DNA from: Gemmatimonadaceae bacterium
GTDB lineage: Bacteria > Gemmatimonadota > Gemmatimonadetes > Gemmatimonadales > Gemmatimonadaceae
DNA length: 40,318 bases
Direction: 5' to 3'
Assembly: GCA_031365555.1 (NCBI GenBank)
Contig: JANLYJ010000436.1
Location: forward strand, 1-40,318
This document shows positions 1-9,483 of the stretch, piece by piece. Position numbers and translations under genes: made by a program. The notes beneath the pieces were generated by a model. That model ran no database searches and was not told the origin of the DNA. It saw only the letters and a list, made by a program, of their open reading frames with translations. Position 1 is the first letter of the stretch; every line of letters begins with the position of its first letter.

Positions 1-333
1 GTTTCAAAATCTCCACTCTTTGTGAACCTCCCATGGGCGGGAGATTCAGCGACGATAGTTGACTCGGTCGCAAAACTTTGGCGCGATACGCCGCTCGAGA
101 TCATTCGGAAGTCACCATCATCGGGACTACGAACTATCCATTGGGCATTTGATGCTGGAGACAGGGACGCCTTCCCCGACATTCCTCTCGCTACCGCGGA
201 GCTCGATCGTCTGCTCACAGCAAAGCACGTGGCGCACACTTTCGAAATGTTCAGCGGTACCCACGGTGACAGAATCAGGGAACGCGTGGAAACACGGTTG
301 CTGCCATTTTTTTCCCGCGCACTCAAACACTAG
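1..333 (+). CDS. C-terminal part of a putative esterase / alpha-beta hydrolase (5' end outside the window)
   Basis: Frame open from base 1. D-x-G-x-x-D segment (FDAGDRDAF) and C-terminal G-x-H (FSGTHG) are typical of the catalytic Asp/His region of the putative esterase family. Confidence 0.65.
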   Translation, partial: VSKSPLFVNLPWAGDSATIVDSVAKLWRDTPLEIIRKSPSSGLRTIHWAFDAGDRDAFPDIPLATAELDRLLTAKHVAHTFEMFSGTHGDRIRERVETRLLPFFSRALKH

Positions 334-397
334 TCGATCAGCGCTCTACGGCACGTCGACGGCTGGATATGTTACAGGTACACAAACAGGGGGCTGG

Positions 398-622
398 ATG
401 AAAAACATGGCAATGGTGTTCATGTCGCTGGGTGGAATCATCACTTCTTTCGGAATGGTTGTATTCCTTATCGAGATGTTCGCGCGTTACTTCGGTTCTG
501 ATCACGGACTGCGGGTGATGACCGTCACCGGCACGGGTCTGGTTGTAATCGGAGCGGTAATGTTTGGCCTGGGATTTCTCGTAAGCCGGCTCGGGCGAAA
601 GGATGGTCATCCCGCTATCTGA
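398..622 (+). CDS. Small membrane protein with two predicted TM helices
   Basis: ATG at 398 after a purine-rich stretch; two hydrophobic segments (MVFMSLGGIITSFGMVVFLIEMF and GTGLVVIGAVMFGLGFLV). Confidence 0.6.
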   Translation: MKNMAMVFMSLGGIITSFGMVVFLIEMFARYFGSDHGLRVMTVTGTGLVVIGAVMFGLGFLVSRLGRKDGHPAI

Positions 623-658
623 CGCGCCGTAGTTCCGTGATGAAAATCCCGGCGAGCT

Positions 659-1453
659 ATGCTTAACATCCTGAAAACGCGGCGCCGTCTGCGGTTGCGT
701 GCAACCCCGCTTTCCGCAGAATGGCAGCGGTTGATAGAGCGGAATGTTGCTGCTTATCACCGGCTTTCACCCGATGACCAGAGGGAATTGCAGGGTCACA
801 CACAGGTGCTGCTCGCGGAAAAACACTTTGAGGGCTGCGGTGGACTGCAGCTTACCGATGAAATCCGCGTTACGATTGCCGCACAGGCCAGCATGTTGTT
901 GCTGCATCGCGAGACAGACTATTACCCGGAGCTCAAGTCCATTCTCGTCTACCCGGGCACCTATCTGGTGACGGGTGATCGCGCAGTCGGCGGAGGGATC
1001 TGGGAAGAGGGTGATGAGGCGCGACTCGGTCATACCGGCGCGAGTATCGGGGCGCTCGTTCTGGCATGGGATGACGTGCTTCGCGGCGCGCGAACGATGG
1101 AAGACGGCAGTAATCTCGTTTATCACGAGTTTGCACACCAATTGGATTTTGAGAATAGGGCAGCAGATGGTACGCCGGTTCTCGCCCCTCGTCAGTACCT
1201 GTCATGGGCGCGTGTGCTCAGTGCCGAGTACAATGCGCTACGCCAAGCCGCCGACCACTCGCAGCACACCCTGATAGATCAATACGGCGCAACCAATCCA
1301 GCGGAATTTTTTGCGGTGCTCACAGAGCTGTTTTTTGAAAAGCCTGTCGAGTTTCGAAACAAGCACGAAGCACTATACGAGGAGCTGCGGGTGTTTTATC
1401 GCCAGGATCCTGCCGCTTGGGCCAATGATGCTTCCGTGATCAGCGCGCCGTAG
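659..1453 (+). CDS. mtfA: Zinc-dependent peptidase, M90 / MtfA family
   Basis: HEFAH zinc motif, YGATNPAEFFAV and ILVYP motifs characteristic of MtfA-like proteins. Confidence 0.9.
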   Translation: MLNILKTRRRLRLRATPLSAEWQRLIERNVAAYHRLSPDDQRELQGHTQVLLAEKHFEGCGGLQLTDEIRVTIAAQASMLLLHRETDYYPELKSILVYPGTYLVTGDRAVGGGIWEEGDEARLGHTGASIGALVLAWDDVLRGARTMEDGSNLVYHEFAHQLDFENRAADGTPVLAPRQYLSWARVLSAEYNALRQAADHSQHTLIDQYGATNPAEFFAVLTELFFEKPVEFRNKHEALYEELRVFYRQDPAAWANDASVISAP

Positions 1454-1472
1454 TCAAACGGTCTGGCCGTTA

Positions 1473-2633
1473 CTAGCGCTTGTTTTGCCCGGATGCCTTG
1501 AGGCGATTGTACGCGTTGAAACCAGGCGGGTATTTCCCTTTCGACGACATATCGTAGAATTCCAGTGCGACCTCAGTGTCCTTCGGAACCGCCAGGCCGA
1601 GCTCATATCTGCGGCCCGTTATGTACTGAGAAATCGGATTTCCTTCATTGGCAGTCTTCTCGTCTTTCGCCTGGTGCGCAGCAGCGTCGCGACTGAGTTG
1701 GCGCTCGTCACTTGATCGCTCCCAAATCATCGCGATGTAGTTGAGGATATCGAGATGCGTCTCGTAATCGTTCGCGAGACGATTGGCAGCCGTCCTGAGG
1801 TATTGCAAGGCGTCCACGTATGAAGCGGAAGTCGCATACATGTGCCCGAGATACATCGAGCCCTGACCCGAGCCCCAGTCATGCGCGGCCTGGAAATTTG
1901 CACGGGCGATGTCGGTCCGCTTGCGTTCGAGTGCGAAAAGACCGAGTGCGACGTACGCCTCCGGGTCCTTTAGGTCTATCGCTTCCTGGAAAAGGCGCTT
2001 GGCCGCAACCGTATCGGCTTTTAGGCCTAGGCCCTGCTGATACATCTGCCCAAGGAGGATGAGAGCCGGCGTATAGCGCGTCATCGAAGGGCGCTGCAGC
2101 CGCTTGAGCGCTTCGGCATATTTTCCACCCTCGGCGAATGTTCTCGCTGATAAGTAGAACTCCGCTCGTCCCGCCCGCTGATATGGCTGGAAGATGCAGC
2201 CGGTTGTAGTCGGTAGATACACAACACCGGGAGCCGAGCTAGTGTCTGACTTCACGACAAACGTTGCTACGCCGTCCATCAATCCGGCCCGCTTGAGCTC
2301 AATTTGGCGAACCTCGCGTGGCAAGCCATACTTTATGTATTCGCCGCCTGCGTAGTTCATGACCTCATTTGTAACGAACCACGATTTCGCAGGAGCATAT
2401 CCTCGCGTGTGGAAACGAATTCCGAACTTTTCGCCACTCGCAAGAGTCGTGTCGCGGGTCGTTTTGTTGTAATACGCGCCAATGTTCTTGAGCTCGCCAT
2501 TCTCAACGACGCACACGTTGAGATACAGAATGTTCGGATCTTTGGTCGCAGACTGGGCCTGGGACTTTGCGGGAACAACCGAAAGTGCGAGTATTGCAGC
2601 TGCGAGCGCAGCGCGGAAATATGAGGTAGACAT
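1473..2633 (-). CDS. Secreted Sel1-like (TPR) repeat protein
   Basis: N-terminal signal peptide; Sel1 repeats (LGQMYQQGLGL, GRRYELGLAVPKD...ALEFY). Confidence 0.8.
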   Translation of the reverse strand: MSTSYFRAALAAAILALSVVPAKSQAQSATKDPNILYLNVCVVENGELKNIGAYYNKTTRDTTLASGEKFGIRFHTRGYAPAKSWFVTNEVMNYAGGEYIKYGLPREVRQIELKRAGLMDGVATFVVKSDTSSAPGVVYLPTTTGCIFQPYQRAGRAEFYLSARTFAEGGKYAEALKRLQRPSMTRYTPALILLGQMYQQGLGLKADTVAAKRLFQEAIDLKDPEAYVALGLFALERKRTDIARANFQAAHDWGSGQGSMYLGHMYATSASYVDALQYLRTAANRLANDYETHLDILNYIAMIWERSSDERQLSRDAAAHQAKDEKTANEGNPISQYITGRRYELGLAVPKDTEVALEFYDMSSKGKYPPGFNAYNRLKASGQNKR

Positions 2634-2703
2634 TTATAAGTGGAGGGGAGAGGAGCTGACCCCAAAACTAATCACCACTTACGAAGCTTTCCATCAATTG
2701 AGC

Positions 2704-3105
2704 CTAACGCCGGGGAGTTGCTCTCTGTATGGCTACCAACTCGGGACTTGTCTCAAAGACGCCGCAAATCGAGATGTCGTACTCATACCGGCTGCCAGTG
2801 TCGTCAGTCCAGGGAAAACCGGTACATGTAGTCGGATAGTAAGGCTTGTCGTGAATCGAGCAGCCGCCATCGACATGCAGGACGCAGCGTTTGTTTCGCA
2901 CGCGCGTGCGCCACTCTCCCCAGCGGGTCTTGTAGGCGAGGCCAGGGCCATGGTTGGCCTCGACAGCCGCTGCTTCCTCGTCACTCAGCGTCGTGCCGTA
3001 GGCGCAGCACGACGAAGAGTGAGGACACGGGTAGCAGGGCAGCGATGGAAAAGGTGCTGCTTTACTCTCCAGAAGCGCGGCGCCTCTTCGTTTTTGCTGC
3101 CGCAA
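2704..3105 (-). CDS. YkgJ-like Cys-cluster (Zn/Fe-chelating) protein; start uncertain
   Basis: CxxCxxxxxCC, C...CSIH..PYYPxxCxxFP pattern; the only upstream start is a TTG overlapping the end of the KamA-like gene. Confidence 0.7.
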   Translation of the reverse strand: MRQQKRRGAALLESKAAPFPSLPCYPCPHSSSCCAYGTTLSDEEAAAVEANHGPGLAYKTRWGEWRTRVRNKRCVLHVDGGCSIHDKPYYPTTCTGFPWTDDTGSRYEYDISICGVFETSPELVAIQRATPRR

Positions 3106-4204
3106 CTTTCTTCTTCCGCCGAATCGGAACGATGCCGGTCTCTTCGGCCGGAGACTGTTTCGGCTGCTTATAAGTAAACCGCTTTCCTTCGTAGTTCCGG
3201 AAGATCACTTCTTCGTCATTGATCTCCTCGACGTACTCGGGAAGGAGAGGAACCTTGCCGCCGCCTCCCGGTGAGTCGATCACGAACTGAGGCACTGCCA
3301 TTCCACTGGTCCATCCACGCAGCGCCTGGATGATCTCCAGTCCTTTCTGGACAGTGGTGCGGAAATGCTCTCCGCCCGCTACCTGGTCAGCCATATATAT
3401 GTAGTAGGGACGTACGCGCGCCTTGAGCAGTTCGTGCATCAGCTTCATCATCACCTTGGGATCGTCATTCACTCCCTTGAGCAGCACTGTGTGCGCGCCC
3501 AGTGAGATTCCCGCCCTCGACAGACGATCGAGCGCCGCCACAGTGGCGGGAGTCAGCTCATCCGGGTGATTGAAGTGGGTGTTCATGAAAATCGGGTGAT
3601 ACTTCTGCACCATCTCGCAGAACTCGGGCGTAATACGCTCGGGCAAGTGCGCGGTGATGCGGCTTCCCAACCTGATGATCTCGATGTGCGGAATCGCGCG
3701 CAGGCGCTGGAAGATGTACTCCAGTCTCGAATCGCTCAGCATCATTGGATCGCCACCGCTGAGAATCACGTCCCTTACTTCGGTGTGCGCCTCGAGATAC
3801 TTGAATGCTGACTCGTATTCCTTGAGGGAAATTTTTTCCGGATCGCCGACTTTCCGGCGACGGGTGCAGAAACGGCAATATGTCGCGCAAACCGGGCTCA
3901 CCAGAAAGAGAGCGCGGTCGGGATACCTGTGCGTGATGTTCGGAACAGGCGAGTCAGCATCTTCATCGAGGGAGTCGATGACGCCGTCGACAACGTTGAG
4001 CTCCTCGACGGTCGGGATGTACTGATTCCACATTGGATCGCCAACTTCCTTGATGAGATCGAGCGCCTCAGGCGTGATCCTCATCTGGAAATTGTCGAAC
4101 GCAGGCTTGAGCGCCTCGACGTCGATCGCATCGCCAAACTTCTCGGCGAGCTTCTCGAGTGTTCCGATGCTCTGATCCTTCAGGACTTTTTGCCAGTCAC
4201 TCAT
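3062..4204 (-). CDS. kamA: KamA-family radical SAM enzyme (lysine 2,3-aminomutase-like)
   Basis: HRYPDR, CATYCRFC radical SAM motif, SGGDP, HFNHP, and PLP-lysine motif DSPGGGGK. Confidence 0.92.
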   Translation of the reverse strand: MSDWQKVLKDQSIGTLEKLAEKFGDAIDVEALKPAFDNFQMRITPEALDLIKEVGDPMWNQYIPTVEELNVVDGVIDSLDEDADSPVPNITHRYPDRALFLVSPVCATYCRFCTRRRKVGDPEKISLKEYESAFKYLEAHTEVRDVILSGGDPMMLSDSRLEYIFQRLRAIPHIEIIRLGSRITAHLPERITPEFCEMVQKYHPIFMNTHFNHPDELTPATVAALDRLSRAGISLGAHTVLLKGVNDDPKVMMKLMHELLKARVRPYYIYMADQVAGGEHFRTTVQKGLEIIQALRGWTSGMAVPQFVIDSPGGGGKVPLLPEYVEEINDEEVIFRNYEGKRFTYKQPKQSPAEETGIVPIRRKKKVAAAKTKRRRASGE

Positions 4205-4210
4205 GTGACA

Positions 4211-4711
4211 TCACTCCATCAACCGTTTTGTAAAGATGACCCGTCCGTCCGAAGGTCCGTAGAAGTCCTTTACTGTCGCAGCTGCTGCATATCCGCGACG
4301 CAAATAAAAATTCCGCGTTCCTTCGTAGTCGGGTCTGGACGACGTTTCGACTACTACCATCCGTGCCTGCTGCTTCTGCAGCCTCCTCTCGACTTCCGCG
4401 AGAAGGATCGTTCCACTTCCCAGCCCCTGTGCTGCCTGATCAACTGCGATCCAGTACAGGTCGTACGTTCTGTCGGTATCCGGTGTCGGACCGAAACAGG
4501 CAAATCCAATCAGCTTGCTGTCTGCGGTGTACGCGCCGATGAAGGTGTAATCCTGCTCCTTCGAATCGGATTCGTTTCCAACCGACAGGTCGAACAGCTC
4601 CAGTGCAACGTCAACTTCGTCATCGCGAAAGAGCTGCGACGATTTCAGAATCTCTGCTACGCGGTCCCGGTTCGCTCTCTTGAGAGAAGCGACTGTAACC
4701 TTTCCGCTCAC
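4211..4711 (-). CDS. GNAT family N-acetyltransferase
   Basis: LYWIAVD..AQGLGSG acetyl-CoA motif A and FY.RRGY; GTG start overlaps the upstream TGA (GTGA). Confidence 0.88.
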   Translation of the reverse strand: MSGKVTVASLKRANRDRVAEILKSSQLFRDDEVDVALELFDLSVGNESDSKEQDYTFIGAYTADSKLIGFACFGPTPDTDRTYDLYWIAVDQAAQGLGSGTILLAEVERRLQKQQARMVVVETSSRPDYEGTRNFYLRRGYAAAATVKDFYGPSDGRVIFTKRLME

Positions 4712-5718
4712 GCCCCCGAGAGTGCGAGTGACCTGGCCCATTGGTCCGCGGGAAGCTTCATCTCGCGGTTGAGGCCGTACTCGCAAATTCGATTGATGAG
4801 TGTTGCGTAGTCCATTCCCGCGACGCGTGCCATTCTGGCTAGACCTGCGTCCACGGACAAATCAGGATTCGGGTTGACTTCGAGGAGCCATGGGCGGCCA
4901 GCTTCGTCGATGCGGAAGTCTGCGCGGCCATAGCCTTCGCCGCCTACAGCTTTCCACGCCGCGCGAGTGATTTCCTCGAGCTCCGCTGTCAGTTTTTTGG
5001 GTAGGTTGGCGGGGCACTGTGGCGCCGCGCCGAGGTCTTCGTCGGTTCCAGGTTCCCACTTGGAACGATATGAAACGATTTTCCAGAGATTTTCAGGCAT
5101 TCCGTCGAAGCGAATTTCAGAGACTGGAAGAATCTGATCGCCGACGATCCCGACATTTACTTCACGTCCGGCTACGAAGCGCTGAACGATGACTTCGTTC
5201 CAGCGCTCGTGCATGGCAGCTACACGCGCGACGAGGGCCCGCCTGCTCCGCACGACGGACTTCTGCTCGATACCAATCGATGCGTCTTCCGCTGCCGGCT
5301 TGCAAATGGCAGGGAAGCCAACACTCTGCGGTTCCTCGCCACGCTGAACGAGCGTCCACCGGGGGACGGGCAGTCCAGCGCGATCCAGAACCGTGTTAAC
5401 CAAATGCTTGCGAAGGCAGATCGCCGTTGTCGCGCTGGAGCTTCCGGTAAACGGAATCTCGAACAGCTCGAGAACTGCAATGACGAGCGGCTCCATCTTG
5501 GCCACTCCGTCGATCCCTTCGCACAGATTGAAAACAAAATCAAACTTTCCGCGACGCAGGCGCTCCACCCAGCGTCCATCCGGGTTCACCGGAATTCGGA
5601 TCGGGGTATGGCCTGCCTGCTCCAGTGATTTCTCGACCGCCTCAACTCCCTCGAGGATGAGCGTGTCGGGAAGCGGGGCCAGTGCGGACATGGCGTCGAA
5701 CAGCACAGCGACTTTCAT
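4708..5718 (-). CDS. D-Ala-D-Ala ligase family ATP-grasp protein (non-canonical, copy 2)
   Basis: FNLCEG, PFTGS, KPAAEDASIGI, GRADFR, EVNPNPD; lacks the Ddl N-terminal GGxSxE motif. Confidence 0.88.
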   Translation of the reverse strand: MKVAVLFDAMSALAPLPDTLILEGVEAVEKSLEQAGHTPIRIPVNPDGRWVERLRRGKFDFVFNLCEGIDGVAKMEPLVIAVLELFEIPFTGSSSATTAICLRKHLVNTVLDRAGLPVPRWTLVQRGEEPQSVGFPAICKPAAEDASIGIEQKSVVRSRRALVARVAAMHERWNEVIVQRFVAGREVNVGIVGDQILPVSEIRFDGMPENLWKIVSYRSKWEPGTDEDLGAAPQCPANLPKKLTAELEEITRAAWKAVGGEGYGRADFRIDEAGRPWLLEVNPNPDLSVDAGLARMARVAGMDYATLINRICEYGLNREMKLPADQWARSLALSGA

Positions 5719-5725
5719 CTTTCGC

Positions 5726-6922
5726 CTAAGCCTTGAGCCGGGTGCCGATTGCTGCACCAAGTCTTTCGAGACCTTCGGACCGCGAGGACAGCTCGCCACG
5801 AACTACGCGCAGCTTCGCGGGAAGCAGTACTCCCTGACGGCGTGCCGCGTGTTGCAGACAGCTCTGGATCAGTTCACTGTATTCGATGCCAGCAGCTCTT
5901 GCCGCCTTCGGCAGGCAGGAGTTGTCTTCAGGCTTGGGCAAAATCCCCGGGAGCGGATTCACTTCGACCACATTCGGAACGCCGCCAGCGTTCAACCGCA
6001 CATCGATGCGCGACCAGTCGCGGCAGCCGAGCGCATTGTAGGCTCGGAGTGTCAGCTCTTCGATCGACTGGCGGAGGTCATCGCTGACGCGGGCCGGGCA
6101 GTCGAACATGTTGAGCGGCTTCTCGGGGCGGTCCCAGATCCACTTCGCCTCGTATCCGTAGATCGGCATCGCTCCTTCAGGCAGCTCACCAAAGTTCATT
6201 CCGACCAGTGGGAGCACGCGCGCATCCGGCCCATTTCCGAGCACGGCGCAGGTGAACTCATTGCCAGGCAGATACTCCTCGACGAGCACGGGCTGATCGT
6301 AGGTGTCGAGCAGAAACTTCACCTGTGCTTCGAGATCGCGGGTCGTCCGGCAGAGATTTTTCTCGGTGATTCCCTTCGAGGAACCTTCATGCACAGGCTT
6401 CACGAACAGAGGCATCGGCATGCGCCGTCCTACAACGACCAGTTCGTCCATCGAGTGCACGATGGAGAAAGCGGCGGTTGGAATTCCGTGAAAGGCGAGG
6501 GTCTCCTTCGTCCTTCCCTTGTCCAGACAGAGCGACAGCGTGAAGGGATCGCTTCCGGTGTAGGGAATTCCAAAGAATTCGCAGATGGCCGGAACATGTG
6601 ACTCGCGATTCGGCCCATAGCGGCCTTCAGCGATGTTGAAGACGATGTCTGGCTTCGAGACCCGGAGCTTTTCCGGGAAGGATTCATCCGCCTCGAGGCG
6701 GATCACTTCACCTAGCTCCGAGAGCGCGCCGGCTACGGCATCGATGGTTTCGGCTGAATCCCACTCTGCAAATTCGTCGGAGCTGGGGGCCGAGCTACTG
6801 GGAGGTTCTTCGTCGGGACGCGGAAATTCCCCGTCGACAACGCGGATTTCCGCCTGATCGGCGACCGCTTCGGGGCTTTGTGACTCAGGCTTCAGATTGT
6901 AGGCGAAACCGATTCGCGTCAT
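5726..6922 (-). CDS. D-Ala-D-Ala ligase family ATP-grasp protein (non-canonical, copy 1)
   Basis: FNIAEG, PYTGSD, KPVHEGSSKGI, SRIDVR, EVNPLPG. Confidence 0.9.
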   Translation of the reverse strand: MTRIGFAYNLKPESQSPEAVADQAEIRVVDGEFPRPDEEPPSSSAPSSDEFAEWDSAETIDAVAGALSELGEVIRLEADESFPEKLRVSKPDIVFNIAEGRYGPNRESHVPAICEFFGIPYTGSDPFTLSLCLDKGRTKETLAFHGIPTAAFSIVHSMDELVVVGRRMPMPLFVKPVHEGSSKGITEKNLCRTTRDLEAQVKFLLDTYDQPVLVEEYLPGNEFTCAVLGNGPDARVLPLVGMNFGELPEGAMPIYGYEAKWIWDRPEKPLNMFDCPARVSDDLRQSIEELTLRAYNALGCRDWSRIDVRLNAGGVPNVVEVNPLPGILPKPEDNSCLPKAARAAGIEYSELIQSCLQHAARRQGVLLPAKLRVVRGELSSRSEGLERLGAAIGTRLKA

Positions 6923-6939
6923 CCGGTTCCTACGAGAGA

Positions 6940-6995
6940 GCAGCGTGCACGCTGCGAGATGCGACGAGTATAAAATCTCAGCGATTCACGCGCAA
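6940..6995 (-). promoter_or_regulatory. Sigma70-type promoter of the ATP-grasp/KamA operon with a downstream perfect 16-bp palindrome
   Basis: Minus strand TTGCGC (6990-6995) - 17 bp - TATACT (6967-6972); palindrome GCAGCGTGCACGCTGC at 6940-6955. Confidence 0.55.
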
Positions 6996-7030
6996 CAATT
7001 ATTCCCGATTTCTGAAAATCTTTTTTGGCG

Positions 7031-7060
7031 AAAAAGTTTTCTTAGAGGGAAAAACTTTTT
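7031..7060. repeat. AT-rich perfect 10-bp inverted repeat just downstream of thyX (possible weak terminator or operator)
   Basis: AAAAAGTTTT-N10-AAAACTTTTT. Confidence 0.4.
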
Positions 7061-7069
7061 TCGTGACCT

Positions 7070-7822
7070 TCAAACTTTGTGGTAGGAAATCCTCGCCGAC
7101 TCGCGCCGGTCTTCCGCCATGAAAATTTCGAAGTCTGAAAAGAAGGCCGGCGCCTCGGCATGAAGCATTCGGAGGATCGCCACCGCGCAGCGCCTGATCT
7201 CCATCTCGGCGCCCTCGCTGGATCGCAGCTCCAGCATCGTTCGCCACGCGCGGGCGTTGCCCGTGACGACGATTTTCGTCTCGGTGGAGTTGGGAAGAAC
7301 TCCTCGCGCTGCCTCGCGAGCCATCTTCCTGCGGTGGACTTTGTCACCCACCCAGGAATAGCGCTCCATGAGAGATTCAACGAGCGAGACGTAGGTTTGC
7401 TGCGCCTGTGTCACCTGGGAGCGCCAGGCTGTTTCGAGTGCCTCGTCCCCGATGATCGCGGGAGGAACGACGAAGCTGGCATCTCCTTCATCCACGTAGC
7501 GCTGACTGAGCTGGCTATAGGCGAATCCCGCTCGGTGTCTCACCAGCTCGTGGGTGAACGAGCGGCTGACTCCCTCGATGAGAATCGAATAGTTCGCGTG
7601 CTCGAGAACGCTTCCGTGACCCTGTTTCTTGATGTTCTCCAGATAATCCCGAGTGTTCCTCGACGCTGGATTTCGCTGGCTCATGTAACAGAGCCGACCC
7701 GCGAATTCGGCCAGACGCTCGCCGTCCGTGCTCTCGCCAAGCCAGTTCACAGGTAGGTGTGAAGGCTCCGTGAAAACCGGGCGGGAGAGAAGTGTGAGCT
7801 TTGGCTCAGTGTAAAAATCCAT
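7070..7822 (-). CDS. thyX: FAD-dependent thymidylate synthase
   Basis: GHGSVLEH, SRSFTHELVRHR...SQLSQRY, EAARGVLP, GNARAW, AEMEIR motifs. Confidence 0.95.
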   Translation of the reverse strand: MDFYTEPKLTLLSRPVFTEPSHLPVNWLGESTDGERLAEFAGRLCYMSQRNPASRNTRDYLENIKKQGHGSVLEHANYSILIEGVSRSFTHELVRHRAGFAYSQLSQRYVDEGDASFVVPPAIIGDEALETAWRSQVTQAQQTYVSLVESLMERYSWVGDKVHRRKMAREAARGVLPNSTETKIVVTGNARAWRTMLELRSSEGAEMEIRRCAVAILRMLHAEAPAFFSDFEIFMAEDRRESARISYHKV

Positions 7823-7866
7823 CGTCTTTTGGAGTGAAACGGGAGGGGAAGAAGGCCGCGCGAAAG

Positions 7867-9483
7867 TTATTGAGACTGACCTATTAGCGACAGACGAAAG
7901 TGATCGTAGGTCCGGTCCGCACTGACTGAGTCGAGAGCCTCACGTGCCTTAGTCGGCAGTGGGGCCAGAGCCGAATCGTACTTGATCGGATCAAGGCCGT
8001 GCCTTCGCTCAGTGAGTTTTACACCGGGATTCAGCAGTCCATCCGGATCGAAGCATCGCTTGATGTCGGTGAACAGACTCAGGGCATCGGGCGACCAGGT
8101 CTTAATGAGGTACGGAGCACGAAGGCGTCCGTCGCCATGCTCTCCGCTCAAGGTTCCTCCAAGCTGCGCAGTTAGAGATACAACCTCGTCGAGCAGATCC
8201 TCGCTCCGCTGCTTCCACCCGGGAGCTGAGGTGTCCACGAGTGGGTTCGCGTGGACGTGAGAGTCACCCGCATGGCCGAAGATCACGCCCTTCATGCCCT
8301 GACGATCGAAGGCTTGGCGCAGACCAGTGACATAGGCGGCCAGATTCGCGGGCGGAACTGCTCCATCTTCGACGATCTGCATGGACTTGAGCCGGGGATC
8401 GAGTTTTCCGAGGATGGGGCTGGCTGCGTGACGCAGCTCCCATATCTCACTCTGCTCGACTGGCGAAATCCCGAGTTTCACTGCGCTCGCACCTGCTGCA
8501 GTAAACGCCTTGGCGAGCATGGCTGCCGAAGTCTCGGCCGTCGACTCGCTCTCAGCCTCGACCTCGACAAGGAGAACCGCCTGCGGCGCAGCGCCTTTCT
8601 CGTATGCCCCTGCGAAGTCGAGAAAGGTCTGATCGAGCAGCTCGCAAGCGCTCGCACCAAGAGCCGCAGCTTTCTGGGAGGCGGCTACCGCGGCGTCGAG
8701 CGTATCGAACTCTGCGAGCACACTGGAAACTGCCGTCGGTACTGGAGCAAGCTTGATTTCAATTCCGACGAATAAGGCCAGCGTTCCCTCGCTTCCAACA
8801 AGCAGGTCAACGAGGTCCCCGGATTCGGCGTACGCGCCAACTCCATACCCTGAGGAATCCTTGCGCACACCCGCGTGCATGAATGGTCCGCGGCTTTTCG
8901 TTGCGGGCATTCGCGGCTGAATGTCGTGAAGGAATCGACCAAGAGCGGGAACGTTGGGCGGAACTTCCGCGCCGCGCCGGACAATCCCGCGGCTGCCGTC
9001 CGCAAAAACACAGTCGAGCGACTCGATCCATGGGCGTGTTGATCCAAATCGCAGCGAGTGCGCGCCCGCCGCATTGGTCGCCACCATTCCCCCAATCGAG
9101 CAGAATTTCGCGCTGGACGGATCTACCGGGAACCGGAGCCCAACTTTCTCAGCAGCCTTGTTGACGCGCCCGCAGATCGCGCCTGGACCGACGCGAACCG
9201 TTCTCTTGTGCGGATCAACATCGCCAATCGAATCGATGCGACTCAGGTCAACGATGACATTTTCCCCGACTGCGCCACCAGCCATGCTCGAACCTGACCC
9301 ACGTGCCGTGACAGCTATCTTTTCGCGCGCAGCCCAGCGCAGTAACGTCTGCACATCGTCCGCGTCTACGGGGACGGCAACTGCAAGGGGGATGAGCCGG
9401 GTTATTCCCGCAGCTTCGGAGTAAACCGCACGCGCAGTTTCGTCGGTTGTAAAAATCCCGCGGAAATCAGCGGGTGTGTTCAC
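7867..9483 (-). CDS. FAD-binding oxidoreductase (GlcD / D-lactate dehydrogenase family)
   Basis: RGSGSSMAG, PVDPSS, GSEGTL, FGHAGD, GEHGDG, FDP..LLNPG. Confidence 0.9.
   Translation of the reverse strand: MNTPADFRGIFTTDETARAVYSEAAGITRLIPLAVAVPVDADDVQTLLRWAAREKIAVTARGSGSSMAGGAVGENVIVDLSRIDSIGDVDPHKRTVRVGPGAICGRVNKAAEKVGLRFPVDPSSAKFCSIGGMVATNAAGAHSLRFGSTRPWIESLDCVFADGSRGIVRRGAEVPPNVPALGRFLHDIQPRMPATKSRGPFMHAGVRKDSSGYGVGAYAESGDLVDLLVGSEGTLALFVGIEIKLAPVPTAVSSVLAEFDTLDAAVAASQKAAALGASACELLDQTFLDFAGAYEKGAAPQAVLLVEVEAESESTAETSAAMLAKAFTAAGASAVKLGISPVEQSEIWELRHAASPILGKLDPRLKSMQIVEDGAVPPANLAAYVTGLRQAFDRQGMKGVIFGHAGDSHVHANPLVDTSAPGWKQRSEDLLDEVVSLTAQLGGTLSGEHGDGRLRAPYLIKTWSPDALSLFTDIKRCFDPDGLLNPGVKLTERRHGLDPIKYDSALAPLPTKAREALDSVSADRTYDHFRLSLIGQSQ

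Noticed and set aside
3062-4204. EpmB (EF-P modification) or lysine-fermentation role for the KamA-like gene
   Set aside because: No efp/epmA and no kamDE/kdd/kce genes nearby; the context is ATP-grasp ligases and a GNAT.
5393-6601. 402-aa + strand ORF
   Set aside because: Antisense shadow of the ATP-grasp genes with no recognisable motifs; the same applies to 3929-4810.
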